Assembly: GCA_025450075.1 (NCBI GenBank)
Contig: JANWIC010000008.1
Span: 11,289 to 75,288 of the forward strand
Direction: 5' to 3'
DNA: 64,000 nucleotides
Origin: Patescibacteria group bacterium
Lineage (GTDB): Bacteria > Patescibacteriota > Dojkabacteria > JAKAPS01
Every line of letters starts with the position of its first letter. Position 1 is the first letter of the stretch. The translations under genes and the position numbers were made by a program. Of the stretch, positions 10,021-19,626 are shown piece by piece. The notes under the pieces are model-generated. The model was not told the origin of the DNA and ran no database searches. It saw only the letters and a program-made list of their open reading frames with translations.

Positions 10021-12261
10021 ATGGCAACAATGAATAATATCGTCATAAAAGGGGCGAAAGAGAATAACTTAAAAAATATTGACCTGATGATCCCCCGAAA
10101 TAGCATAGTATGCTTTGTCGGAGTATCCGGATCCGGAAAATCAACTATTGCCTTTGACATAATTGCAAAAGAAGGGCAAAGGCAATACTTTGAATCCTTA
10201 AGCTCCTTTGCCAGAAGATATCTCCAAAAAAGCAACGCTCCGGACGTCGATCTGATCCAAGGGATCTCATCAACTATTATTATTGACCAGGAACGGGTAA
10301 GGAATAGTCCTCGATCAACAGTTGGAACCCTGACCGAAAGCTATACCTATTTGCGGATGCTCTTTTCTCGTGTCGGACTTCCGAGTATGGATTCATCCTT
10401 TTTCTCGTTTAACCATCCCAATGGTGCTTGCAGAGAATGTAAAGGCCTTGGTCGGGCAATTGAAATTGATGTGAATAAGATTGTTGATATGGAGAAGAGC
10501 TTGTCACAAGGGGCGCTTCTCCCATCAGACTGGTATGTAGGAGGAAGACAATGGAAAATTATAAAAGCGACGGGGTATTTTGATATGGATAAGAAAGTGA
10601 AAGATTTTAGCGAAGAAGAATTGCAAACACTTCTCTATCATCCAAAGACTCTTTTTGAAGATGACGAACGTTATGGAGCAAACAGATGGACCTATCAAGG
10701 AATTATCTCCCGGCTTAAAGAAAGGAATTCCAAGGTTCACCGAAGTAACCCACAAAGAGACCTTGGCTATTATACCTCAACAGATTGTCCAACATGCCAC
10801 GGAGGAAGATTACATGAAAAAGCATTATCAGTAAAGATTAATGGGAAGAATATTGGCGAAGTTGCAAATATGTCCATTATTGAGTGCCTGGAATTTGTGA
10901 GAACGATTGACCATCCGCATAGCGAGGCAATTAAACCTCGCCTCATTGAACAGCTCACTGCCCTCATCAATGTCGGCGTTGGATATCTAAGCCTGAATAG
11001 GTCATCTGAGACTTTATCCGGTGGTGAAGCACAAAGAATTAAATTTGCACGACAGCTTGGGTGTGATCTTGTTGAGACAATTTATGTTCTGGATGAACCA
11101 ACCGCTGGATTGCATCCACGGGACGTGGATATGGTCATACAAAACTTAAGAGCATTAAAGGAAAAAGGCAACTCCGTTTTAGTTGTTGAGCATGATAAGG
11201 CTATTATTGAGCAGGCAGATCATATTATCGAAATTGGCCCGGGAGGCGGCGCACAAGGAGGCCAAGTTATTGCCCAAGGGACATTTAATGATATTCTGAT
11301 AACTTCTACCTCACGAATTGCACCCTATCTGCAGGAAAGCTTGAATAATACGCCCCATGCTACAAGAAAACCAACAGGCAGTATTTCTATGAGTCATGCA
11401 AAACGTCATAACCTGAAAGATATCAGCCTCGATATCCCTACAGGAATATTAGTAACTCTTACCGGAGTATCAGGATCAGGCAAGAGTTCTTTAGTAGAAG
11501 AAATGATGGATCGATTTGGTAATTCAATTGTGCTTGTTGACCAAAGCCCTGTAGGAAATTTTAAGCGAGGATGTATAGGAACTTATACAGGATCATTTGA
11601 TATTATCCGAAAAATATTTGCAAAAGAGCATGGTATGTCAGAAAGCTTTTTTAGCTTTAATGCCCATGGAGCGTGTGAAGCATGCCATGGGTTAGGATTT
11701 ATTGATATGGACATGAACTTTTTAGGAAATGTGAAGATATATTGTGAAGCATGTCATAAAAGCAGGTACAAGGAAAAAGTATTGCAATATGAGTATAAAG
11801 GGAAAAATATCGCAGAGGTTCTGAAGATGACGGCAGATGAAATAAAAGAATTTTTCAAAAATGATGCTTTGCAAGAAAAGATGGATCTACTTATTGAAGT
11901 AGGACTTGATTATATCGAAATAGGGCAAACGCTTGATACACTATCCGGAGGAGAATCACAAAGACTAAAACTTGCAAGCCGATTGCAGGCAAAAGGCGAG
12001 TTCTATATCTTAGATGAACCTACCTCTGGGCTTCATTGTGCAGATATCGAAAAGCTCATGAAACTATTAAACCGGTTGGTTGATAACGGAAACACAGTTT
12101 TAGTAGTGGAGCATAATCTTGAAGTAATCAAGTCAGCAGATTGGATCATCGACCTTGGCCCGGAAGGCGGAAATAAAGGAGGATATATCGTGGCGCAAGG
12201 AACTCCCTATGATATTGCAAAAAATGAAGCATCTCCCACGGGGAAGTACTTATCTCTATAA
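10021..12261 (+). CDS. Class II UvrA-like tandem ABC ATPase (UvrA2/DrrC/Ecm16 family) lacking the UvrB-binding domain
   Basis: Two ABC cassettes (Walker A 'GVSGSGKST' and 'GVSGSGKSS'; signatures 'LSGGEAQR' and 'LSGGESQR'). The first cassette goes directly from 'FSRVGLPSMDSSF' to 'FSFNHPNGACRECKGLG' with no intervening ~110-aa UvrB-binding domain or first zinc module. Total ~747 aa versus ~940 aa for canonical UvrA. The C-terminal Zn module 'CEACHGLG...CEACHKSRY' is present. I set the start at ATG 10021, because the TTG at 9973 used by the ORF track coincides with the -35 box. Confidence 0.8.
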   Translation: MATMNNIVIKGAKENNLKNIDLMIPRNSIVCFVGVSGSGKSTIAFDIIAKEGQRQYFESLSSFARRYLQKSNAPDVDLIQGISSTIIIDQERVRNSPRSTVGTLTESYTYLRMLFSRVGLPSMDSSFFSFNHPNGACRECKGLGRAIEIDVNKIVDMEKSLSQGALLPSDWYVGGRQWKIIKATGYFDMDKKVKDFSEEELQTLLYHPKTLFEDDERYGANRWTYQGIISRLKERNSKVHRSNPQRDLGYYTSTDCPTCHGGRLHEKALSVKINGKNIGEVANMSIIECLEFVRTIDHPHSEAIKPRLIEQLTALINVGVGYLSLNRSSETLSGGEAQRIKFARQLGCDLVETIYVLDEPTAGLHPRDVDMVIQNLRALKEKGNSVLVVEHDKAIIEQADHIIEIGPGGGAQGGQVIAQGTFNDILITSTSRIAPYLQESLNNTPHATRKPTGSISMSHAKRHNLKDISLDIPTGILVTLTGVSGSGKSSLVEEMMDRFGNSIVLVDQSPVGNFKRGCIGTYTGSFDIIRKIFAKEHGMSESFFSFNAHGACEACHGLGFIDMDMNFLGNVKIYCEACHKSRYKEKVLQYEYKGKNIAEVLKMTADEIKEFFKNDALQEKMDLLIEVGLDYIEIGQTLDTLSGGESQRLKLASRLQAKGEFYILDEPTSGLHCADIEKLMKLLNRLVDNGNTVLVVEHNLEVIKSADWIIDLGPEGGNKGGYIVAQGTPYDIAKNEASPTGKYLSL

Positions 12262-12340
12262 TTTCTTTCCCCTATGCCAGCCATGGCAATGCATAAGAGT
12301 TTCTAAGAGCCTACAATGCTGCATGTCTATCTAAAAAGAT

Positions 12341-13888
12341 ATGGAGCATGATCCAATTAAATCCACAATGGAGAGGAAAGTACACCAATCACTTACCATC
12401 CTCAATAACATACAAACTCCTGAAATCGAAGGAACCGATTCACATGGCCGCTTCATTTATGGTCCCGATTGGACACTTGAATCACTCCAGACATGGGTTG
12501 GATCTCATCAAGAGCTATTAGATCCCTATCTTCCGATAGAAGATGGGAAGGGAAATATCCAATGGATAAACGATGAAGGCAATCCAATCGAGCGAAGCGT
12601 TGCATCTGAGCGAAGATGGATCGATTACTATTTCGCAACGGTTGCACTCAAAAGACCGGAATATGTTGCATATATACAAGAATTGACAAACTCAGATCAT
12701 ATGGGTGCAATGCATGCTGACTGCAGGGCATGCGTTGCCATACCTTCATGGCTTGAAGGGAAAAATATATACAATCTGCTTTGCACATATACGCAACAAA
12801 AAGATGCAACAGGTAGAAGCATTGATCCCAATCTCTATGAAATTGCCATTATTATTAACAGGAAGAAAGGGACCGAGCCTGATGAAACAGACGGAGAAAT
12901 ACAACGCTTCATGAAAGATACAAATTACCAGTATAATATCAAATATATTGATGTTGAACTTCCCTCCCCTTTTAATAATGTAGGGACCGCAAGAAAAATT
13001 TTAACAGATGTTTTATTATATCGATCATCCCATCGATCATCCCAACCCTCTCCGCTCTACATACTCTCGGAAGATGCAGATCTTACCGGAGTAGACCCGT
13101 CTACCATATCAAAAACAATAGAAGTATTTGATGCAAGACCTGAAGTATGCGCATTAGTTGGTATACAGGATCGAACACCTGAGATATTACAGCAAAATGA
13201 TCTTCTTTTTTTGTATGCACGCTTTAAAGATTTTAGACAAATTGTTCTTCGACATTCCACTCACCTCTTCTCAGGCTTTGAAGAGATGCAATTCAGGTTT
13301 GGAAGTCCAGTAACCGGTGGATGGAACAGTTCATTCAGAGCTGAGGAATTAGCCCATATCGGTGGATATGACCCTGTCCGGATTCGTGAAGATCTCGTCA
13401 TTGGTGAAAGGATAAGAATGATCCATGGAAATAGTAAGAATGAAAATCCACATGTTGTTGCAAGGATTCCCATTCGATCAGACTCTTCACCCCGACGATT
13501 CATTCTTGCTCTATTTGAGGATATGCATGCATATAATGATTCCTTTTCAGATGAAGTGTATAACAAAGATTTAAAGACACAACCAGTTGAAAAACTTTTA
13601 GAATTAATACAGCCCTTTGTAAGAATTGAAGATAACCCCGGAAAATTTGAAGAAATGTTTACCGTCCAATATCTGTCCCTGCTCGACCTTCATTGTCCAA
13701 GTGATATTGCAATTGATATTTTTCATAAAATTATGTGGGGATTAGGGTTTCACCGATCTGATTATGATATTGAAGATGATCATATAATACTTCGCAATAC
13801 TTCCCGGATACAATGCCTTTTAGATAGATATCGAAGAAGACACCAATGTTATTCTACTGAAGATCTCTTCACTAGAAATTCTGAATAA
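12341..13888 (+). CDS. Hypothetical protein with a GT-A fold (family 2) glycosyltransferase-like core and a ~170-aa N-terminal extension
   Basis: 'LYILSEDADL' (DxD-like) and 'GGWNSSFRAEELAHIGGYDPVRIREDLVIGERIRM' match the GT2 'GG...GGfd...EDxdl..R' pattern. Local GC appears higher than in the neighbours. Confidence 0.4.
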   Translation: MEHDPIKSTMERKVHQSLTILNNIQTPEIEGTDSHGRFIYGPDWTLESLQTWVGSHQELLDPYLPIEDGKGNIQWINDEGNPIERSVASERRWIDYYFATVALKRPEYVAYIQELTNSDHMGAMHADCRACVAIPSWLEGKNIYNLLCTYTQQKDATGRSIDPNLYEIAIIINRKKGTEPDETDGEIQRFMKDTNYQYNIKYIDVELPSPFNNVGTARKILTDVLLYRSSHRSSQPSPLYILSEDADLTGVDPSTISKTIEVFDARPEVCALVGIQDRTPEILQQNDLLFLYARFKDFRQIVLRHSTHLFSGFEEMQFRFGSPVTGGWNSSFRAEELAHIGGYDPVRIREDLVIGERIRMIHGNSKNENPHVVARIPIRSDSSPRRFILALFEDMHAYNDSFSDEVYNKDLKTQPVEKLLELIQPFVRIEDNPGKFEEMFTVQYLSLLDLHCPSDIAIDIFHKIMWGLGFHRSDYDIEDDHIILRNTSRIQCLLDRYRRRHQCYSTEDLFTRNSE

Positions 13889-13925
13889 AACAGATATAAT
13901 ACGATAAGTATTTCAAAACTTTCAG

Positions 13926-14624
13926 ATGAAATCAAAATATGAAATCCATCCAGTACAATCTGATATCCTTGTCTATCTATTATTCCATAACAATTCACGA
14001 TTTTCAGAAATTAATGTAAATAAACTTGATACAGATAGTTTCAACTTCCACCTAAAGAGCCTTCTTGAAGCTGGGCTTATCGAAAAGAAAGATACGACTT
14101 ACTCTCTTACATTAAAGGGAAAAGAATTTGCAAACCGATTTGATACAAACATTTCACAAATTGAAAAACAAGCTAAACTTGGTGTCGTGCTTATCTGCAC
14201 AAAGAAAGAACAGGATCATACCCTTTACCTAATGCAACAACGTCTTAAACATCCCTTTTATGGATATAACGGATTTATCACAGGAAAGATCACCTGGGGA
14301 GAAACGGTTAATGAAACAGCAACACGAGAACTTCAAGAAGAAACAAATCTTACCGGAACTATATCCCTTGCAGGCATTGAGCATAAGATGGATTACTCGG
14401 ATCAAAGCCAATTACTGGAAGATAAATTCTTTTATGTTTGTAAAATAACAGATATAAAAGGAACTTTACATGAACAATTCCAAGGAGGAAGAAATTTCTG
14501 GGTAGAAAAACAGGAAATTGAAAAGATGGACAATTTGTTTGACGACGTATTGTTCTTGATCGAAATGATTGAGACAAACACCCTAACATTTCAAGAACAA
14601 AAATTTATTGTAAAAGGATTTTAA
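13926..14624 (+). CDS. Nudix hydrolase with N-terminal winged-HTH domain
   Basis: Nudix box 'GKITWGETVNETATRELQEETNL' (GX5EX7REUXEEXGU). N-terminal ~75 aa resemble a wHTH. Confidence 0.7.
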   Translation: MKSKYEIHPVQSDILVYLLFHNNSRFSEINVNKLDTDSFNFHLKSLLEAGLIEKKDTTYSLTLKGKEFANRFDTNISQIEKQAKLGVVLICTKKEQDHTLYLMQQRLKHPFYGYNGFITGKITWGETVNETATRELQEETNLTGTISLAGIEHKMDYSDQSQLLEDKFFYVCKITDIKGTLHEQFQGGRNFWVEKQEIEKMDNLFDDVLFLIEMIETNTLTFQEQKFIVKGF

Positions 14625-14676
14625 GAAACTACACCAAATCATTATCTTTTAGAAGAGATAACTACAATGCCCTCAT

Positions 14677-15330
14677 TCACGCTCTTTGGCAGTTGTTTAT
14701 TAATTGAGAAAGGTTTGTATTACCATGTAGGAAAAAGCCATTCATGACACATGGTGCGAAGTCATGCAGACGAACAATGGCAATAAAGGATAATCCAAGA
14801 AAGATAATAATAATGCTAAATATTGTCTTCATGCTTATCACTTTTTCTTTATGGATGTATCTTTGTATCAAAGGATATACATTCACAATTATAGCAAGTG
14901 CAGGAAGGACTAATAACCATATGCGAAGGATAGTGCCATTATATAGAAATGTATTATTCATTGTACTAAGCGCAGCGTTATTCGGATGAGATAAATTTCC
15001 TTGAATTAATCTTGATACGAAATCAACAGATAAAGCAAAAAGAAATGGAAAAAGGAAAATTCCTCCCATCATGTTATATACACTTATTTGGATTTTCCCT
15101 GATGATATATTTGCCATATATTGTTGCGGGTTAAAATATGAAATGCTTGAAGCATTCGTCTTTATAATATCTCCAAGAAGTGAGAACCAAAAATTAACTG
15201 AATGCTTGTTGTTATCGGCATACATGTCATGAAATATTAAAATTAGATCATCTTCAAAAGACTGGCGAAATGATCTTGGATAAAAACGTAAAAACATCCT
15301 ATATATTTTTTCAGCATTTTGTTTTGTCAT
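14677..15330 (-). CDS. PadR-associated membrane protein (hypothetical)
   Basis: Overlaps the upstream PadR gene by 4 bp. Hydrophobic C-terminal half. Confidence 0.45.
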   Translation of the reverse strand: MTKQNAEKIYRMFLRFYPRSFRQSFEDDLILIFHDMYADNNKHSVNFWFSLLGDIIKTNASSISYFNPQQYMANISSGKIQISVYNMMGGIFLFPFLFALSVDFVSRLIQGNLSHPNNAALSTMNNTFLYNGTILRIWLLVLPALAIIVNVYPLIQRYIHKEKVISMKTIFSIIIIFLGLSFIAIVRLHDFAPCVMNGFFLHGNTNLSQLINNCQRA

Positions 15331-15668
15331 ATATTCTGAATATATGTATGTAAGTCATGTTTTTGTGCAACTGTAAGGATAGTTTGAAACCTTTTCAGCT
15401 CATCAGAGACAATGCTCATCCCTTTAGGAGTAATTTCATAATATTTCCTTCTAATGTCCCCTCCTGAATTTGCAGATTCACAAATGAATCCAGCATCAAA
15501 AAGCCTTTTAATTGCCGTATATAACGTTCCAGGGCCGAGTAAGACTTTTCCATTTGAATACTCTCCCACTTTTTTCATGATTTCATATCCATGAGATTTT
15601 TGAATACTTAAAACAAGAAGGATATAGAATACCGGTTGTGTAATGGTTAATTCATTTTGTTGCTTCAT
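15327..15668 (-). CDS. PadR-family transcriptional regulator
   Basis: 'ILLVLSIQKSHGYEIMKKVGEYSNGKVLLGPGTLYTAIKRLFDAGFI' is the PadR wHTH signature. Confidence 0.75.
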   Translation of the reverse strand: MKQQNELTITQPVFYILLVLSIQKSHGYEIMKKVGEYSNGKVLLGPGTLYTAIKRLFDAGFICESANSGGDIRRKYYEITPKGMSIVSDELKRFQTILTVAQKHDLHTYIQNI

Positions 15669-15872
15669 ATGTTTTATTAATTTAACCCGATTATATATCG
15701 ATTGTCGTTATATTGTCAAGCGATATAGTTTCTATTAAATTCATTTCTTATCTGATTTAAATCTATATGAATAGAAATCAGAAGCGGGATACTCTGAAAA
15801 TGATCAGATACATATGAGACTCTCGAACTTTATTATAATTTTCTGTATACTCATCATGGATTATTCAAACAT

Positions 15873-18116
15873 ATGGATTTAATCAGCACCATAATTATTA
15901 TATTGTTATTATTGTGTATTGTTGTAATTGTTACCTTAGTTGCAAAAAGGCTATTATTTGTTGAAAGAGTAAGGACAATTCTTTCCAAGAAAACCCAAAA
16001 GGTATTTTTAATCAAGATACATCCTTCTAATGAGAAAAAGGAGAATGTATTTGAAGCTTTGCTAAAGACACTTCATGATGTATTACCACATCATACATAT
16101 ATTAGCTTAGAACTTGTCTGCTCAAACCAGTTCATGCATTTTTATGTAACTGCTCCAATTGAGTATGCTTCCTTACTTACTTCACAACTATATTCGCAAT
16201 TTCCTGATGTCGAAATCGAAGAAACTAATGATTACGCGTCTCTACTAAATCCTTATCTTATTGAAATCGCAAATAAAGGGAAAACACCTTTCAAAACATA
16301 TAAAGATGGATTGGAAGATATATTAAAAGGTATTTCTGCAATTTTATCAACAACATCACAAAATGAAGAAATTTTTCTTCAACTTATACTTTCACCCAAT
16401 GGAAGTAAATTTTGGGAAAAGGGGATTAATCATGTATGGGAGAGCATTACTGACCACTCTGAACAAAACAAAATTAATCAAGAAACATTTAGGGGGAAAT
16501 TAATTATTGGATATGCGGCTCAAAATTCTTTAGTGGCAAAGAAGAAAGTGACTACTGTGATTAGACTTTTAAAACAGACAAAATATCCGCATAATGAATT
16601 AAAAGTAAAAAAATTCAATTTTTTTTCAGATATTGCAGTTTTATGGAAATCGAGGACATTTGAATATGGAGATATATGGACAGAAGCAGAAATTGCTTCG
16701 ATTTACCATTTTCCTTATAAAGGGAGTATTACTTCAAATGTTATTCATACCGACTCAAAAAAAGCTCCTGCTCCAGATATACTACCTCTTCAAGGAGATG
16801 ATATATCATTTTTTGGAGAAACAAATTACCATAATGAATTTAAGAAATTTGGAATTAAAAGAATAGATCGAAGACGTCACATGTATGTTGTTGGGAAAAC
16901 TGGATCTGGAAAAAGCAGACTTTTACAATTATTGTTAATTGCTGATATCCAGAATAATCAAGGATGCTGTCTTATCGACCCTCATGGTGACCTTGCACAA
17001 CAAGTACTAACTTATGTTCCAAAAGAAAGAATAAAAGATGTCGTATACATTGACCCTTCAGATAAGGACTTCCCTATTGGGTTCAATCCTCTCGAAAGTA
17101 CACAGGATTTTGAAACAAAACAACATCTTTCAACTTTTTTCATTGCAATATTCAAAAAGCTTTTTGGATACAATTGGAATCCTCGAATGGAACACCTTGT
17201 AAGGTATATTACTCTAGCTCTTCTTGAAACTTCAGATTCGAACATTCTTGGAATATCAAGAATGTTAACAGACACCGCTTTTAGACAAAGAGTAATTAAG
17301 CAGATCCAAGATCCGGTAATCAAGAATTTTTGGACAAACGAATTTCCAGGTTGGATCGAAAAGTATGCAAATGAAGCAGTGATACCTATTATGAATAAAG
17401 TTGGGCAATTCATTGCAAACCCAATGATTCGTAATATGGTTGGACAAAATAAAAACACCTTAGATTTCGAGAGATTTATGGATGAAGGGAAAATTGTTAT
17501 TATTAATTTATCAAAAGGGAAACTTGGAGAAGAAAATACAGCTTTCTTAGGTTCTATGTTCATCACCAAAATACAACAAGCAGCATTAAGCAGGTCCAGA
17601 ATACCTGAAGAAGCACGTAAAGATTTCTATTTTTATGTAGATGAATTCCAGAACTTTGCTACAGATGCATTTTCATCAATTCTTTCTGAGGCACGTAAAT
17701 ATCACCTTAACCTAACCATTGCTCATCAATATATTGCACAGTTACCTGACGATATCAAAGCAACCGCATTTGGAAATGTTGGGTCATTAGTAACTTTTAG
17801 TGTCGGTGGAGATGATGCAAGCTATCTTGGAAAAGAATTTAGTCCTATCTTTACTCCTGATGATTTAATTTCACTCAATACTCGTGAGATGTACATAAAA
17901 TTATCAGTAAATGGAAAACTTACTCCTCCATTTTCTGCAAGAACTATTGAAATACCTTCTACTTCTACAAATTATACAATTGAAATTTTGGAGCATTCTA
18001 GGATTACTTATGGAAAGAATAGAATTGCTGTAGAAAATGAAATTCAGAGGTGGACAAGTAGTGTTGAATTTCAAAGTGATAATGCCTCTGAGACTTTTCC
18101 CGAACCGATTATCTAA
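15873..18116 (+). CDS. Membrane-anchored VirD4/TraD-like (FtsK-HerA superfamily, TraG/DUF87-type) ATPase
   Basis: N-terminal TM helix 'IIIILLLLCIVVIVTLV'. Walker A 'YVVGKTGSGKSRLLQLLL' followed by 'CLIDPHGDLA' (coupling-protein signature). Walker B 'YFYVDEFQNF'. Confidence 0.65.
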   Translation: MDLISTIIIILLLLCIVVIVTLVAKRLLFVERVRTILSKKTQKVFLIKIHPSNEKKENVFEALLKTLHDVLPHHTYISLELVCSNQFMHFYVTAPIEYASLLTSQLYSQFPDVEIEETNDYASLLNPYLIEIANKGKTPFKTYKDGLEDILKGISAILSTTSQNEEIFLQLILSPNGSKFWEKGINHVWESITDHSEQNKINQETFRGKLIIGYAAQNSLVAKKKVTTVIRLLKQTKYPHNELKVKKFNFFSDIAVLWKSRTFEYGDIWTEAEIASIYHFPYKGSITSNVIHTDSKKAPAPDILPLQGDDISFFGETNYHNEFKKFGIKRIDRRRHMYVVGKTGSGKSRLLQLLLIADIQNNQGCCLIDPHGDLAQQVLTYVPKERIKDVVYIDPSDKDFPIGFNPLESTQDFETKQHLSTFFIAIFKKLFGYNWNPRMEHLVRYITLALLETSDSNILGISRMLTDTAFRQRVIKQIQDPVIKNFWTNEFPGWIEKYANEAVIPIMNKVGQFIANPMIRNMVGQNKNTLDFERFMDEGKIVIINLSKGKLGEENTAFLGSMFITKIQQAALSRSRIPEEARKDFYFYVDEFQNFATDAFSSILSEARKYHLNLTIAHQYIAQLPDDIKATAFGNVGSLVTFSVGGDDASYLGKEFSPIFTPDDLISLNTREMYIKLSVNGKLTPPFSARTIEIPSTSTNYTIEILEHSRITYGKNRIAVENEIQRWTSSVEFQSDNASETFPEPII

Positions 18117-19036
18117 AATACGAGAGAATCCCAATTCATATTTGATTGGTATAGGCTTTCTTTAATTACTCTACAAGCAGAGTTATATAATTGTTCGTTT
18201 AATTGCCTGTTCAAGATACAAAACTGCTTATGCGATAAATCTACACATCCTAAACAATTTTTGACATCAATACAATGGAATATATAAGAGCTATCTTGAC
18301 AGTCTTGTGCATATACAGCATGATCACAATTAAACAATCTTACACTATCAACAACTTCCAAAGAGAGTTCATTATGTGAAGAATATGTCACATCTAGTGT
18401 GTTTTTATTGTAAAAGCCATCATAAATATAGGCAGAGTTTTCATTTCTTGCTGCATCAAAGCAAAGGTAGCTATTTAAGTTATAATAGATGTAATCGCCA
18501 TAAGAAGTATTTTCATTATGTCCTTCATTTGTTTGTGTTGCTGGGTAATTCATTTTTATTTCCTCAAGAATTTTCAACACATTTGTTGAAGAAGTTTTCT
18601 TTAATTGTCCAAGCAATTCCTTATATTCTTGTTCAGAGAATTGCCTATTGAAAACGCAAAATTGTTTATTGGTAAGGTTTGCACATCCGAATATATCATT
18701 ACATCCAATACATCGGTAAGAATAATAAGCATCTCGAACACTTGTACACTTATCTAAAAAGTTTCCATTATAGCATTTGTATGCATCATTACATTCGTAA
18801 CATAGTTCTGATTCTACGCAGTAATCGCAATCATTACAATTCACACACATATATGAGTCATATGTATCAGAACAATCAGTACAACTATCACAATCATAAC
18901 AATTGAACAATTTTTTTGAATTTGAAATTTTATCTCCATAATCGCATTCAACTGAACTTTTAATGCTTACAGGAGATTTTGGTTGCAAAAGAATTAATCT
19001 TTGTAATTCTTTAAAAAATGTATCGCTTCCTATCAT
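18113..19036 (-). CDS. Cysteine-rich tandem CxxC-repeat protein (function unknown)
   Basis: 307 aa with repeated 'NCxDCxxCxDC'-type units: 'NCYDCDSCTDCSDTYDSYMCVNCNDCDYCVESELCYECNDAYKCYNGNF'. There is an internal duplication ('KQFCVFNRQFSEQEYKEL' and 'KQFCILNRQLNEQLYNSA'). Overlaps the upstream zinc-ribbon gene by 4 bp. Confidence 0.5.
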   Translation of the reverse strand: MIGSDTFFKELQRLILLQPKSPVSIKSSVECDYGDKISNSKKLFNCYDCDSCTDCSDTYDSYMCVNCNDCDYCVESELCYECNDAYKCYNGNFLDKCTSVRDAYYSYRCIGCNDIFGCANLTNKQFCVFNRQFSEQEYKELLGQLKKTSSTNVLKILEEIKMNYPATQTNEGHNENTSYGDYIYYNLNSYLCFDAARNENSAYIYDGFYNKNTLDVTYSSHNELSLEVVDSVRLFNCDHAVYAQDCQDSSYIFHCIDVKNCLGCVDLSHKQFCILNRQLNEQLYNSACRVIKESLYQSNMNWDSLVF

Positions 19037-19347
19037 TGAATATCAGGTAATGGATCATTAATAATTGGATCATTCGTAGCAAAATAATCTTCGTAATCTT
19101 TTTTGCACAAGATCTTATTTTGCACATTTTGAGGATTATATGATATAACAACTTCTTTGCCGCATACAGCACAACTTGCCTTATATAATTTTCTTTCACT
19201 TCCTCTTAACTTTAACCTTCTTTTCTGACGACAAGAAGGACATTGGGTTGGAAGAGGTAATTTTTTTTCTTCTAGAATCTTTTGCTCGTTGTCTATAATA
19301 AGGAATTGATTTGAACAATTAGTGCATGTTTGAGTTATTGCTGCCAT
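19033..19347 (-). CDS. Small zinc-ribbon protein
   Basis: 104 aa with paired 'CTNCS...CPSC' and 'CAVCGK' motifs. It is the first gene of a two-gene operon with the Cys-rich protein. Confidence 0.5.
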   Translation of the reverse strand: MAAITQTCTNCSNQFLIIDNEQKILEEKKLPLPTQCPSCRQKRRLKLRGSERKLYKASCAVCGKEVVISYNPQNVQNKILCKKDYEDYFATNDPIINDPLPDIQ

Positions 19348-19626
19348 TTTCTTAATTTATATTGATAATATACACTATCAATAAATTTAACACAATTCCT
19401 CGACAATATTATCCCCCATACTGTATAATATAGACACTATGGAAAACGTACGAAGACTACATGTAAATAGATCAACGACAACCACGACAACGCTTTAGGC
19501 CTGTCGGGGTAGTCAGACGTGTACGTTCTCTTCCATACATATTCTCCCGACAGGGAGTTTTTGCTTTCCCAAGACTCGTGTAACGACACCATCGTAAGAA
19601 GAGATAAATTACTTTATCTTTCTAAT

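Noticed and set aside
19519-19626. GTG start at 19519 extending the ThrRS-like protein by 36 aa
   Set aside because: The extension lies inside the leader stem-loop and has no counterpart in ThrRS catalytic cores, so ATG 19627 is preferred. I could not find a good SD for either start, so this stays uncertain.
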